Shown piece after piece: positions 49,044 to 62,146 of a stretch of DNA of 64,000 nt. The notes beneath the pieces were generated by a model that was not told where the DNA came from, did not search any database, and saw only the letters and a list, made by a program, of their open reading frames with translations. The stretch is taken from positions 744,001-808,000 of the forward strand of contig OZ237747.1 in the NCBI GenBank assembly GCA_965178125.1. The letters run 5' to 3'. How positions within the stretch are numbered: the stretch's first letter is position 1; each line of letters begins with the position of its first letter. Source of the stretch: Bilabrum cf. latius (Eukaryota). Position numbers and translations under genes: made by a program.

Positions 49044-52000
49044 ATGGGCGACGGCGACGATGCAAGTAAATCGAAAGAAGGACCTAGCAAACTTGCTCGA
49101 TTTCGGGCTTGGCGCAAACAGCAGTCTGCTGAGGACGCAAAAAATGTCTCCTCCAACCCCAAACCGGGATAGGCTGCTGAATCTAGCCGGGGCGCTGCCG
49201 CTTCAAAGCTCAGTCGACTGAAGAAACTGGCTGAATGGCGCAAGAAGAAGCATGGCTCAGGAGTTGCGACAGGATCACAGAAGGAAGCAGCCACCATTCA
49301 GGAAGCCCCACCACCCAAGAAACGCAGAATTTTAAAGTTCAAAGGCTTCAAGTCCAGGCAGCCCCGGCTCGCGCGCAAGGGATTGGGTCTGGCTGAGCCA
49401 AAGCAGGATCAGGCGACCAAGAAGCTCTCGCCAAATCTATCGTCCTTGAGTGGGCTTGCATTGGCGTCAACTGGTTAGGTTGATAGCCCAAAACAGGCCG
49501 CAAGTCCTGCCCCGGCCGACCTGGATTCCTATCTGGCCTCGATCGGCGTTCCAGCGGCAGGCAGCGGCAGCCAGCCGATGGAGGAGGAGTAGGACAGCGG
49601 CACACTTGCCGATAGAGGAGGCACGATCAGCGCTTCGATCGAGTCCGATTAGACTAATCGACACGGACAGCAGATAGCAGCAGCATCCGGCCAGGCAATT
49701 TCAGCTGAGGACCTTGCAAATCAGCTGGACGATGGCGCCGAGGACCAGGCAGCAGGTGGAACACTAGGTGGTGAGAGTGGCCTTGCAGGCTCCGAGAGTT
49801 AGCAGCAAGAAACCGAGGAGGAGGATGCATACCACAGTGCATTCCTCAAGCTGGCTGCAGCCCCTGCTGCTCCCAGCCTGCCACCTGGCCCCACCCCTGT
49901 GACAGCTTTGGCGGGCTCCTCTTCGTCGTCATCCTCGTCTGCGTCTGCCTCAGCAGCATCGACTGCACCATCCTCATCCTCAAGCAGCAGCAGCAGCAGC
50001 AGCAGTGCACCAGCAGGTCAGCCTGAGGGCAAGCCAGGCCTTCCATTGGGCCACCAGGCGAGCTCTGGTCTCTCCGCTGAAGCCTCCTCTTCCTCCGGTG
50101 CCGGGGGCATGCAGACTGGTGAGGACCTCCTGGATTCACTCTTCGTCGGGAACGAATGGACGGGGGCAACAGCTGCTTCGGGTGCCTCCTCGGGCACAGC
50201 CGTCCTGAAGGCGTTCCAGGACAAGCAGGCCAGAAGACTTCACATTGTGGCCGGGGGGGCCGCGAGTACGACGCCTGTTCACAAGAATCTCTACAAGCCG
50301 GCCACCACCATCGCGCGCAAGGCGCAACACATCGTGCAGAACGAGAGGGCCGAAATGGGGCTTCGAGTTCGCGGGCGGGACGTGCCGGCCCCCATCGACA
50401 GCTGGCACCAGTGCGGTGTCAGCAGCGCATTACTCAGGGCCCTTCAGTCCTCTGGATACGAGCAGCCCTTTGCGATTCAGAGGCAGGCAGTGCCATGCAT
50501 CATGGCGGGGAGAGACGTGATCGGCGTTGCCAAGACTGGGAGCGGCAAGACCCTTGCTTTCGTTGTCCCTGCACTTAGGCACGCCCTCGCCCAGCCAAAG
50601 CTGCAGATCGGCGACGGCCCCTTGGTCGTCATCCTGGCACCCATGCGAGAGCTAGCTATGCAGCTGTTCGAGGAGACGAGAAAGCTGGGCTTGGCAGCTG
50701 GATTGCACGTCGTACCCGTGTATGGCGGGGCTCCCATTGCGGAGTAGATCGCTGGCTGCAAGTCGCAGCCTCACGTGGTGGTGGGCACGCCTGGTCGCAT
50801 GATTGACCTCATGGCGCTGAACGGGGGCAAGGTGTTGCGATTGAATCGAGCGTCCATGCTGGTGCTAGACGAGGCGGACAGGATGTTCGACATGGGGTTT
50901 GGCCCGCAGGTAGAGCAGATCGTGGGACTCATGCGTCCCGACAAATAGGCCGTTCTCTTCTCCGCCACGTTTCCCGAGCACATCGTGAAGCTGGCGAGAG
51001 AGATGCTGGTGGACCCGGTGGAGGTTGTGGTGGGCGGGGGCAAGTCCGTGGCGTCCGATGCCGTCAGACAGAAGGTTGAGGTGCGCAGCCCCAAGACCAA
51101 ATTCGCTCGGCTGCTGCAGCTGCTCGGCGATTTCGTGTCCAAGGGACAAGTGCTCGTATTCGTGGACACCAAGGAGGCCTGCGACGACATTTTCACGTCG
51201 CTCATGGGCGCAGGGTACGAGCCCCTCACGCTGCACGGCGGTAAGGACCAGCAGGACAGAGATGAGACCTTAGACGAGTTCAGGAAGGGCGAGTGTGAGC
51301 TGCTGGTGGCGACGAGTGTGGCGGGCCGAGGGCTTGACGTGCCGGGGATCTGTCTGGTTGTCAACTACGACTGCCCGACGCATCTAGAGGACTACGTGCA
51401 CCGCGTTGGACGGACGGGCCGCGCCGGTCGCAAGGGCGATGCCGTGACCTTCGTGCAGCCGGACCAGGCCGAGCTGGCGCCTGACCTCGTGAGAGCCCTC
51501 ACGGATGCAAACCAGATCGTCCCAGACGCACTGCAGGCACTGGCCGACGACCACAAGGACAAGGTGAAGCGCGGAGAGGCCAAGAAGAGACGAAGCGGAT
51601 TCTCGAACCGAGGAACGAAGGTGGATGGCACGGAACTTACTGAGGCGGGCATCGGGCAGCAGATCGAGAAGCTGAGGATGCAGTCGCAGCAGGGGCAGCT
51701 GGACGAGGACACGTTCCTTCGGCTGGAGGCAGAGCTTGAGGCTAGGCTCGCAGAGGTTCGTGATGGCAAGAGCAAGAAGCAGCAGGAGAAAGAAGCGGCC
51801 AAGGCAAAGGCCGCTGCGGCTGCTGCCGCCGGCCCGTTGCCCACCGCGAGCGAGCTGGCAATGCTGCGGGCGAAGGCAACCGCAGCACAGTCAGCCATTG
51901 CTCAGGGTCGCGGCAGCACAGAGGGAGCCAGGGAGGCGATCGCGAAGTATGCAGCCGCGGAGGAGGCCCTGGCCCTTGCCAGTGTGGATGAGGGTGCCAT

Positions 52001-52433
52001 GGCGGACGCGAGGGCCAGGGCCTAGGAGGCCATGGCAGCTGTGGGTGCCGGGGGGACAAAGGCCAAGTTCTCGCAGGAGCTCGGAATCAACGAGTATCCC
52101 AAAGCGGCCAGAGCCAAGGCCTTGCGATAGGAGACGATCCAGAACATTGCGGAGTGGTTCGGGTGCGGGGTGATCAACACAGGCATATACGTGCCTCTAG
52201 GAAGGAAACCTCCTACCGGAGAGCGGCCGCTCACTCTAGTGATCGAGGGAGAGAGCGAGATCAACGTCCGCAGGGCTCGAGCGGAGCTTAGGCGACTGCT
52301 TGATGAGGCGACCGAGGCTGTGGACGCAGAGAGGTTTTCTCTCGAGTCGGCGCTTGCGGGTGGGAACGGCATGGCAGGGAGCGGCTCTGCTGGTGGCGCC
52401 TTGGCTGAGCTTGGGCAAGGGTACGGCACGTGA
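49044..52433 (+). CDS. DDX46: DEAD-box RNA helicase DDX46/Prp5 (~1,129 aa)
   Basis: Motifs [24 protein letters not shown](TAG)[21 protein letters not shown](TAG)[25 protein letters not shown]-terminal Prp5 KH-like region ELGINEYP ... [11 protein letters not shown]. About 9 in-frame TAG. Ends TGA. Confidence 0.93.
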
Positions 52434-52608
52434 TACTTGAGCATTGAGATATGGTGACAAGATGGAATTGATGAATTTTGTGCAGTAGCATTAAAAAAGC
52501 AAGATTCTAGCTGTCAGTTTGCGATCAAAATGAGCTATCTCGAACCTTGCGACCCACAGTTGCACGGCCCTGTGAACACCAGCCGAGAATCTCGGATCAT
52601 AGTCAAAA

Positions 52609-55600
52609 TCAATCCATGTCATCATTATCATCGAACTCGTCCTCAGACTCACCCTTCCCTGCCCCGGCCTCGAGGCTTGTGCCACCTGAAGCAGCGCCTG
52701 CCGAGCGCACCACAGGTTGCAAGTACTCCTGCTGCTGAGCCCTCGTCACACTGGATACCACCACCAACCTACTCTCCTCCTCGCGGATCAACGTCAGCTT
52801 CACCTGCCGCAAGGCGTCGTGTAGCCCAGCCTCAGCCCCCCGCTGCGCTGCCGTGGCCGGTGGCAATGGAGCGGCCTGCTGCAACTCATCGCACTTCACA
52901 CGCCCCATCTGCACCTGGCATGCTGGCAGCACTCCATCAGCCTTGGCCTGAGCAACACCCCTGATCTTCCGCAGCAGCTCGTTGAATACCTCCTCGCTCC
53001 CGTCTGCCAGACAGACCTCTCGCATGGCCCGCAGGCACTGCACTGCCCTCGCGTGCTGCGCTGGGTCGCGGGCCAGGTACGCCACCACGCCCACCATACC
53101 GCACAGCGCGGCGCCGAGGTGGTCCTTGTCCTTCCTTGCGACCATCTTGCGCATGTCTCCGATCGGATCAACTGGCCCCACCCGATCCACCAGTGGGTGG
53201 TCAGCACTAGCGCCTCTCCCCTTAATCCTCGCGCCTGCCAGCACGGCCTGCTGCTGCTCGCTCACAGCACCTCCGAGGCCCACCAGCTCGAACACAGCAT
53301 CGCCTGCAGCGTCCACACGGGCTCTCTTCTCGGCGCTGGGACCCGCACCTGCAGCGGCTGGTTCTCCGGCTGTTCCCTTGCCGGCGCCGCCGTCGGCACC
53401 TGCAGCGGCTGCCAGCCCTGCCATTTCCGCCCTCCTCTTCTTGCCAAGCAGGCCAGCCGCTCCCCCCGCAGCAGCGCCCGCACCGACACTCGCGGCAGTA
53501 GCCGCGGCTGCCCTGGATGCGCCCAACCCTGTGCCCGCATCGCGTCTCTCAAGCGGGAAAACTCTGACAAACTGCTGGAGCGCCGCTTGCTGCCGCCTTA
53601 CGATCGCCCTGGGCATCTCTAGCTGCTCTCGGACGCTCGAGTGAAGCTCTCGGAGAGGCGCATGGGGGTTCATGAGGCGATCCAAAACAGTTTTATTGAC
53701 CCTATTATTTACTGGGTTGAGCTACAGCTCGGGGAGCAGGGCTTCCTCGGTGGCACCGCCGGCACCACTTCTGGCCGCACGTTGCTCTCCTTCTTGCCCC
53801 ACCTCCCCAACGGGCACGTTCATCAGGTCCATCGAGTCCACCAGTGCAAGGGCAGCCTCCTCCTGCTCAGTAGTGGGAAAAGCGTCGGGCTACGTGTCAA
53901 AAGGGTGAAACCTGTAGTCCCTGAAGTCCTCCTCGCAGGGCAGCTGGTTGAAGAAGAGGCAGTCGTACGGCGGGTCATCTGCGAAGGCCGTCCGCGTCTC
54001 GGCCCTGCCCGTGGATTCGGCCGAGGCGGCGGCGGAGGCGGGGCACAGGTGCGGGGTCAGGCAGCCCAGCCTTGGGGTCGCGCCCTTTACCTTGATGAAG
54101 CGCACGAGGGCCACGGCGTCCTGCTCGTGCAGAGCCCTTGACAGAGAAGAGAGGGCTCTGCAGGAGGCCGTGCTCTCTGGGTCAGGCACGATGGCGTCCA
54201 CTGTGCCCATGAAGTGGTGCCGAGGAACGTTCGCTCGGGGAATAAACCTGATGACCCGGAGGCTCTTGAAGCCCTTGATGGTCATTTCCTCGCACTGGCA
54301 CTCCTACATCTGCACCACGTCCGTCCCGAACTGGAATGCGGAAATCTTGTCCTTCCTATCCACCGGCTCGTGGGTGTCGGCAGTCACTTTCTTGCACTTG
54401 CGCTTGACTTCAACCAAGTGAACCCATGCAGCAGTATCAATTGCGCGCCCACTTCTATCTTCATTCAAGTCCTCGTCCCCGCCCTCGGTGGCGTCATGGT
54501 TCATGTCATCTTCATCTTCATCTTCATTGGCGGCTGTCCGATTCCCGTCCCAGTCGTAGCCAGCACAAGGCAAAACACACTTCACGGAGGGCCGGGTCTA
54601 CCCCTAGGTGAAGGCGAATGCCATCACCTTGATCTTGATGTCCCCAGCAATGTCCAGATCGCCAGCAAAGGTCCTCGCCACTTTTTTGGTCCTGCCTTGT
54701 ACCCTGGAAACCACCTCGATGGCGCGGCTGGCAGGCAGCACGTGACCCCCTACGAGCCTGGCGAAGGTGGCGATGGCCGCTTCATTGCGTCGCTTTGAGT
54801 CGAGCATCGCGGGGTCTAGCCTCATCGACTGCGGGTGTACGGCAGCTGCAGCACAGGATGACGACGACGATGCAGAAAATGGCGAACATGAGGAACTGCT
54901 AGCGCTGCTGCTGCTGCTAGCCATACCAGCCGCTGGAGCGCCCCGTTCGGCAGCGCCTGCGCCCACGCAGGCGTCCGCGCCTCCGAAGTCCACTCCAATC
55001 ACGTCAAGCGCAATTTTGTCTCTCCTCATAGTGCGAACCAAAGCGTCCATCACCATAGTGTGCGGATCGATTCTATCGTCGCTATTTCCACCATCGGATC
55101 CACTACTTGAGTCAGAATCTGAGTCACTGTCTAGCTCCATGTGCTGGCTAGCGGCACCTCCCGCGGCTTGGCTTCCGTCTGTTTGGCCACAGCCTTCCGC
55201 GGCTGCTCCTCCAGCATCGGGCACTGGTGGCGCGAGGGTTTCCCCAACAGCGTCTGTAATCATCATGATTCGAATGTGGTGCTTATTCGGCTTCTTGTTT
55301 GGTGGCTGGCGGATTGCCCTGGCGATACCATAGCATACGACGAGAGCGTCTTGGAAATTCCCGTGCTGAGTCTGTTGCTAGTGCTTACGGAGGGCGGCCA
55401 GGGCATGCAGGTGCCGAACGCCAGGTTTCTACCTTTCTGGTTGCAGCACTTTTACGTGTTGATACTGATCGACTATGCCATTGGCTGCAAACTCATCCGC
55501 AATTGCATTGTGAGTATCTGCGCTTTAGGGCGAGTCGGATTTGATAAATAGGTACAACCGTCAAATCTCGAGAGCTCAATGTAAGCGAATATGCTATTCG

Positions 55601-55805
55601 TAGATTATTAGCAAGACTAGAAGGGTTAACCGACGGTTCTCTCACCGTCAGTTCCGAAAGTGACGATGGTGATCGTGTCTTCCTTGTATTCGCTTGATAT
55701 CTTCTACATGATTAGCATTTCCACACCTTCGAGGACTTGCTGTAATTTCCTGCCATACATTGACCGTCCAACGTCTATGGCAAGGATGAATGCCTCAGCT
55801 GCCAT
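52609..55805 (-). CDS. KU80: Ku80 (XRCC5) DNA end-binding protein
   Basis: Exons 55646-55805 and 52609-55517. vWA start AFILAIDVGRSM ... LIM(TAG)KI ... IVTFGTD|DTHN ... DQYQHV ... NFQDALVV. Core FQFGTDVV, ALSSLSRAL, QLPCEEDFRDYRF. C-terminal VGPVDPIGD ... FNELL and acidic tail DDMD. About 8 in-frame TAG. Ends TGA. Confidence 0.9.
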
Positions 55806-56581
55806 GATTCTGCACTGAAACTCGCTCCACAGGTAATTGCTCGCTTTATGTGTCTCCTCAAATTCAACAGGATGAAGACTTTCAAGGGGCAGCCTAGCTT
55901 AATGAGTATTATCAATGTTATCAACAGTATAAAGTAATGGGTTTGGTCGCTTCGCACCGTCGCTAATTTGTAAATATAGTCTAGTTCTTGCTTGGCTTGA
56001 AAGGAACCTTCACGAACCTGATCGGAACATCCGGGTTGGCCAGTGGCCGACAACCTACACCACTGGCAATGCCCAATAATTGTCCAACCGTCCACCCTAC
56101 GGCCACTTGTCACATACTTTTTCTGCCCGTCCGTACTGAATACGATCTTTATATTTAACCAAATCCGTAACTCTGACACGGACATCGAAGCCATCTCGAG
56201 CGGCGCAGCTGTGAGCTCGGCTCTCGCCCCCGGCTTCACGAATCTGCACAGTTGCGTGCATCTTGGGCCAGGGTTCGCGGTAGGACAAAAATTCAGGGGT
56301 GTAGGTCGTCGGCCAAACCGGTGAGGTCACGAAAAGGTACTTCTTGGTAGTGGCCGACGATGGAGTCTCTGCGTGGCAGCTACGACTGAAGGTCAGGGCA
56401 GCTGGGCACACGCGGTGGATCAGCAATCGAGTTGAGCCCAATCTCAGTCACCTCCCGTTTTGCATGTCGATGATCGACCAATTGCGTGGGATGTTACCGT
56501 AAGTTCGACTAGTGATATACCGAAACACACATCTGGGAACAACAAAGACAGGGGGGCAGCACTCCTGCGAGCAAGTCACAG

Positions 56582-59500
56582 TCACATCGTGAACGAGGTG
56601 CCCAGTACCTCCACAAGCAGCTCCTCCGTGCGCACCGTGTCCTCCCTACCACTCGGCCCGGTGCACCCAGGCAGCAACGCCTCCCGCTCGTCCAGCCTCA
56701 GCTCGAACCCGGCGGACTCGATCGCGTTGGCGGCCGAGTCCAGGGTGATGAGGCCTCGGCTCGGGCGGCCGTACAGGCTGAGCACCCGCCGCAGCTGCGC
56801 TCCTCTGAACCGGAAGAATTTCCTCAGGCGCTCGAGCACTTGTTCCCTGGTGGTGCCCCCGGCGACGGTCTGGCCTGCGGGTGGCGGCATGGGCCCCTCC
56901 TCGGGGTCAACTGCCACCCCGTTCTCGTCCGCGAAGGCCGTCTTGGGCTTGTGAGGTGCCATGGGCGAGGAGGACACGCCGATGGGCAGGCGGGCGCGGT
57001 CTGCCCTCGCTGCTGCAGCGTACCAATCGGCCTCGCTTTCATTCGCAGGGTCCTCTCCATCATCGTCGTCGACGTCCTCCACCTTGATGTCGCTGGCATC
57101 CACCGTCCTCTCCGCGTCCTCTGCCTCTGCATCCCTCACGCTCTCCCTCGCCAGCACCCCCCTGAATCCCTCCCTCCTGTCCCTGTACGCAGCCACCTCC
57201 TTCTCGTTGAAGGGATCCAGGCCCCATGCAGAGCCCCTGGGCCGGTGCTCGTACACCTCGGGGGCAGTGCCGGCGCCGTCCTCCAGAGGCTTGCCGATCC
57301 CGGCCACGAACCGGATGTACTCCTCAACTTCCTCGGGCTCCACCGAACCGTCCTCCGCGCCGAGCAGCGTCTCGACAAACCCGCGCCAGGACACCGCGGG
57401 CCCCGAGTACCCGCCCTTGCCGTCGATACCCGCCGCTGGGAACCTCTCCATGATGGCCTCCACGTCCTCCTCCTCGAAGCCCACGTCCAGGTGGTGGCGC
57501 CGGAGCAGCATCCTGAACTCGTCACGCGTGATGCAGCCCGGGACCTTGCGGCCCAGCTCGCGGAACAGGCGCCGCGCATGCGTGCGGGACGAGAGCAGGG
57601 ACGATCTAAGCTGCTGGATCACGCGCTCCTCCCGGGCGGTGCGCGTGATGTCCATCTCCTGGGAGCGCGAGAGGGCATCGCAGAGGCTGTCGTAGGCCAC
57701 GCCAAGCACGACCGTGTCGTCGCCTGCATCCGCATTGCCCTGGCCGGGGGATCCACCAGCCGGTGCAGAGTACCTGTGCCGCTGACGGCGCTGCCTCGTC
57801 ACTGCGTGGTCGCTCAAAACCCGAGTGACGTCAGCGTCTTCCACCGCGGGTGGGGCGGCCCCGTAGCTGGCCATCGCGGACAGCGCGTCGTCCAGAGACA
57901 CGAAGCCCTTGCTCATCCTGTCGCTCCGACGCATGTACTACCTGAGGCTTTGCACGCAGCCGAGGAGCACGCGGCCGACGCGGCCCGTGTGCGGTCTCGA
58001 CGCCAGCAGCTGCTGCCGACGGACCGCAGCCGTGGGCTCCGCAGGGGCGCCCTTGCCACGGCTGGAAGAGCCATCGCCGCTCCCTCCTTGGGTGGCGGAG
58101 GCGGCCCGCCCCGCGATCCAGGCGCCCGGCTTGGTCACCACACCCATGGCCATCGCCCGGAACTTGGAGTCCGCTTCGGAGACGGGCAGCTTGGTGGGGT
58201 CCACAGCCTCTTCCCCCATCCCGAGCGAGTCCTGCATGTACTGCCTCGTGAACTCGTCGCAGTCCAGCAGCCGGAAGCGCTGCCCAGGGCTGTGCGCGAA
58301 CTCGATCTCCTCGCCCAGCGCGAAGTCGGAGGCCCTGAAGTGCCTCGGCGGCGGCACGAACCGGGACCGCTCCCGGATCCCCACCCCTCTCGCCCTCGCC
58401 ACCCCGGTGGGGCCAGCCGCCACCCTGTCCTCCTTGGCGAACGCAGTCACGATCTGCCCCTGTCCTGTTCCCTGGTCGTACCCGAACCGGTGACCCATTC
58501 CACCGAACCTTCGCTCCGCCGCACGAAGCTGCGCTGTGGCCGCCTCGCGCCTGGCTGTCGAGGCCAGTGGGTCGGTCGCGATGGCTCGGAGCGTGGACCT
58601 GCCGAGCCCCGCCATCTCCGCCTCCAGCTCCTGGGTCCTGTCGCCAGCCTGCTGCCCGAAGTTGTCCGGCTCCGCGTTCAGGTTTCTGTACCTGCCTCTA
58701 TCCAGGAAGGCCCCCTTCGAGAAGCCGCTGTTGCTGGCCGCTTGCTCGAACACGCTGACCGTGTCGTCCTCGAGATGAAAGTTCACTACAAAGACACGCG
58801 CCTCGTCCGCCACCTCGGCACGAGGACCCACCAGCCGTCCAAGGAACCTCATGACCTTGCCTCCCCTCCTGTACAGCCTCTCGATGTCTTTCTGGTGCCG
58901 GAAGGTGGGCACCAGCTTGTCCATGTTGCGCCTAGTCTCCTCCTCGTCTCCCAGCGCAGCCATCCCGTCGAAGGGAACAACCTCGGGCCTCTTGCCGGCG
59001 TGCTTGGCCCTGTCCCACGGACCTCCCGCTCGACGTGCAGCAGAGGAGACCGGGTCTGCGCTGCCCAGGCCTGCAGAGAGCGCGTGCCGCGCCGAGCCTC
59101 CCATGAATGTGCCGCCAGTCACGGCGGCAGCTGCGGCGACGCCCGCCCTGGCTGCCTTGGATCCGCTCAGCTGGCCCGCGATGTCTCCCCTTGGCCCATC
59201 GGCAGGCGAGCTCTGGTCCACCCCCAGGCTCTCTGCGTACCACTTCTGCGTGAACTCGTCAGCCCGTCGGATGGTGAGTCGCTTGCCATACAGCATGAAG
59301 GTGGTACCCACCCTGAGGAGGTCGGGGGTGACGTGGTCGATGGGCGCGACTGGCACGCCGCGGCTGTCCACCTCGATCTGATGAGCAGCAGCGCCGCCGT
59401 CTGTCTCATGTCCACGTCCGGTGACACTAGCGTACATGGGCATCCCAGTGATCGGAGACACGAACGTGCCAGCCCACGATCCGGGGCCTTTCTTGTAGCC

Positions 59501-61248
59501 ACCTGCGGACCGCTGTTCCCTGGAACGAGGAGGAGTGCTCCCCTTGCCCGGACTGCCACCCGCGGCACCAACCCTGCTCTTCCCACCACCCTTCCCGAAG
59601 TCCTCACCGGGGCTGCCGTCCCCCTCCATTTCCTCCTCCTCCTGTGCGTCTGCCAGACCGGTCCCTGCCACCGGCACGCGCCCCCTGCTCAGCAGCTTGG
59701 CTCCGGCCCCTCTGCCCGCGTTGGTCCCTGTTCTAACCACTGCCTCCATGGTCTCGTCCTCGAGGTAGTAGTGGAGGGCAAGCAGCTGCAGGTCGCCGAA
59801 GGGCCTTCCCCGGTCGTCCCACACGCACTCGAATCGAAGGACCTTCTTGTTGTTCTCGTTGAAGCGCCCCCTCGTGTCTGGTGCCTTGCTGTAGAACCCA
59901 AGGGCGGCGTTCATCTCGAAACCCCGGTCGGTGCCGACCGTGGTGGGCTGTGAGATGGGAGAAATGGATGGATGGGCGAGTGCAACGATAGCCAATGGCT
60001 GCAGGCATTCCTAGATGTCGCTTCGCAAGTTCTCCGATCTAGGACTAGGCTAGCGATAGCTGAGGCATGCAGATAGTTCCAAGGCGCAAATAGAGAGAAA
60101 GGCAATCCGCAGAGACACGTTTCTGCAGCCCTCACGCGAGCGATGTCGTGTGCCTGCATGGTGGGCTCATGGTGCCACGTCGATGGGATGGGTGCGGGCT
60201 CGCCGAATTCCACGCCCTTGTTCTTTGATAGCCAGCGTCGGGTCTGCGATGGGTGAGAGAGATGGTAAGCGCGCGCACGGGGACCGGGCATGGCATTTGG
60301 TGATGCATTTGGTGATGGGCAACGGGTAGGCCAAACACCGTCGTCCGCTTGCAATCAGTCTCATGGTCCAGGCCGTGTGCAGGCGGCATGAAACTTGCAA
60401 GCCCTCTTGAGATTACAATCGCTTCTCACGAATACGTCTGCGTCCGCGACCACGAACTCCCTCCCATGCACGCGGATGGTACCTCCAGCGCTCGCGATGG
60501 CGTCCAGCTTGAGGGGGGCGCCCTCGGCATCCACGGGCCTGTGCCTCTTGGCGAAGTCGCCGCTCCAAAGTCCAGAATTGTCCTCTTCGGGTTCAAATAC
60601 CCGGATGCTGCCGTCTTGCGGAAAGTATTCCAGAGTCATGACGCGCACGCGCTCGCTCTCAAGGTCCGAGTGAAGCACCCGCTCACCGGTGTAAATGAGG
60701 AAACGCAGTCGCTGCGAGCACGGGCAGAAGACTTAATAATGATCATTAGTAATCGGTAGCCCGATAATGTTTCAGATGCTGCGAGACAGACGCCTTGGCT
60801 CACCGTGGATTCCTTGGCGTACTCCATGGCGTTCTGCTCGAACTTGTTGTCCTTCGAAGAGACAAATCTGCGACGAATCTTCTCCCTGGGGTCAGACACA
60901 GGGCTCAATGGTTCCCCTCGGGGGAAAATCAGCGTTGCTTCTCTGTCTTCAGTTCGGACTTGCCCTCGAGAGTCTGTCAAGCCAGACACAGCCTCCGAGC
61001 CTTTCGGGTACTGAAACAGCTAGTCTCGGCGAAAATCAGGTTCCTGCGAATTATCATTATTTGAATGGAAAAGCACCCGGGTTGAGACCTTTGTGCTTCG
61101 ACAAGGATGCGCTAGGACTTGCATTTGGATTCGATCAGGACGTTGCAGCGCTCACTCCTTGCTGATGCAACTTTCGCTCGTATGGGTAGGAACTCATGCT
61201 CATTGTGAGCATCTAAGCTCCAGAAGGAGGTTTTATAGGATCGTACAT
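56582..61248 (-). CDS. EFHC/Rib72-like axonemal protein (three DM10 domains plus EF-hand region)
   Basis: Exons 61156-61248 (start uncertain), 60804-61043, 60430-60711, 60136-60243, 56582-59947, all phase 0. DM10 motifs: EYFPQDGSIRVFEPEEDNSG, HYYLEDETM, NFHLEDDTVSVFE...NSGF. EF-like GCITRDEFRMLL. TAG at 57938 and 61020. Ends TGA. Confidence 0.85.
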
Positions 61249-62146
61249 GCCGGTGCGGCGCAATGCCTCAGCTTGAGCCTACATATTTGCCCTCAAACTA
61301 ACAGCCGTTTGAACATCCGCAGTTGCACTTTGCGGAACCGCTTGCGCGGCGACAATGATAGTGGTTGCAACCAACAAAACATTCTGCACGGACAATTCCA
61401 TTACTGCGCAACGAATGTCGACAGAAACTAGTGAATAGCCTCTGTTTATCGTAGCAAAGGGGTGGGGCTCCAGCGAGTGTCAAGGAAGATTAGCTGCGTT
61501 TTCTTCAAGAACAGCACGATTTGGAACCGGCGCAGTTGCTGCAGCAGCTTCTCGTGACCACGGCCAATCGCGGCAGGATGCCGCGGCAGTCGCAGCTGAT
61601 GTCGAAGTACCCGAGGTTGGAATTTTGGGGAGCATCGCTGCAGAGGGAATGCCATCCAAGCGACAGGAGGAAATCGCTGCGACAAAGGCAAGACTAGCCA
61701 CCAGCGGTCAATCGGCCAGCAAGTTTTCGCCAATGACGTCAGCGGTCCTGTGCTCGATGGATGCGTCAGTCGAAGCTAGCTAGCGAAAGCGAGCCGCTGC
61801 CGGCTCTGCACCGCGCGCTATTGATGCAGTTTTCAGCGACCTGCCGGACAGGTCACCGCTGCCGCTGGGAAGGATGCTTGATGCAGCGGTCGAGATGCAG
61901 AGGAAAGCAGAGGCAGCAAGATCGCTTCCACAGTCGAGCGGCAGATCCATGTCCCGAACACCAAGTTAGGCTCCTACCGGTGGCTCGGGCTCGCAAGGCG
62001 TCACGTGAGCACCGCCTGCCGATCGGAACCACTTGCACTTGCTAGTCGATGCACGCACTACGTGCGTGCGTGTTTGCTTGCTTGCATCGGATGCGTAGCA
62101 CATTATAGTGACTTATAATTTAATGATATCTGCACCGCACCATGCT

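Noticed and set aside
55860-56560. Possible small gene between Ku80 and the EFHC-like gene
   Set aside because: Several frames on both strands are partly open and splice-like signals exist, but I could not build a supported model.
56840-59953. 1,037-aa plus-strand ORF
   Set aside because: It is an antisense shadow of the GC-rich EFHC/DM10 gene, with no recognisable motifs.
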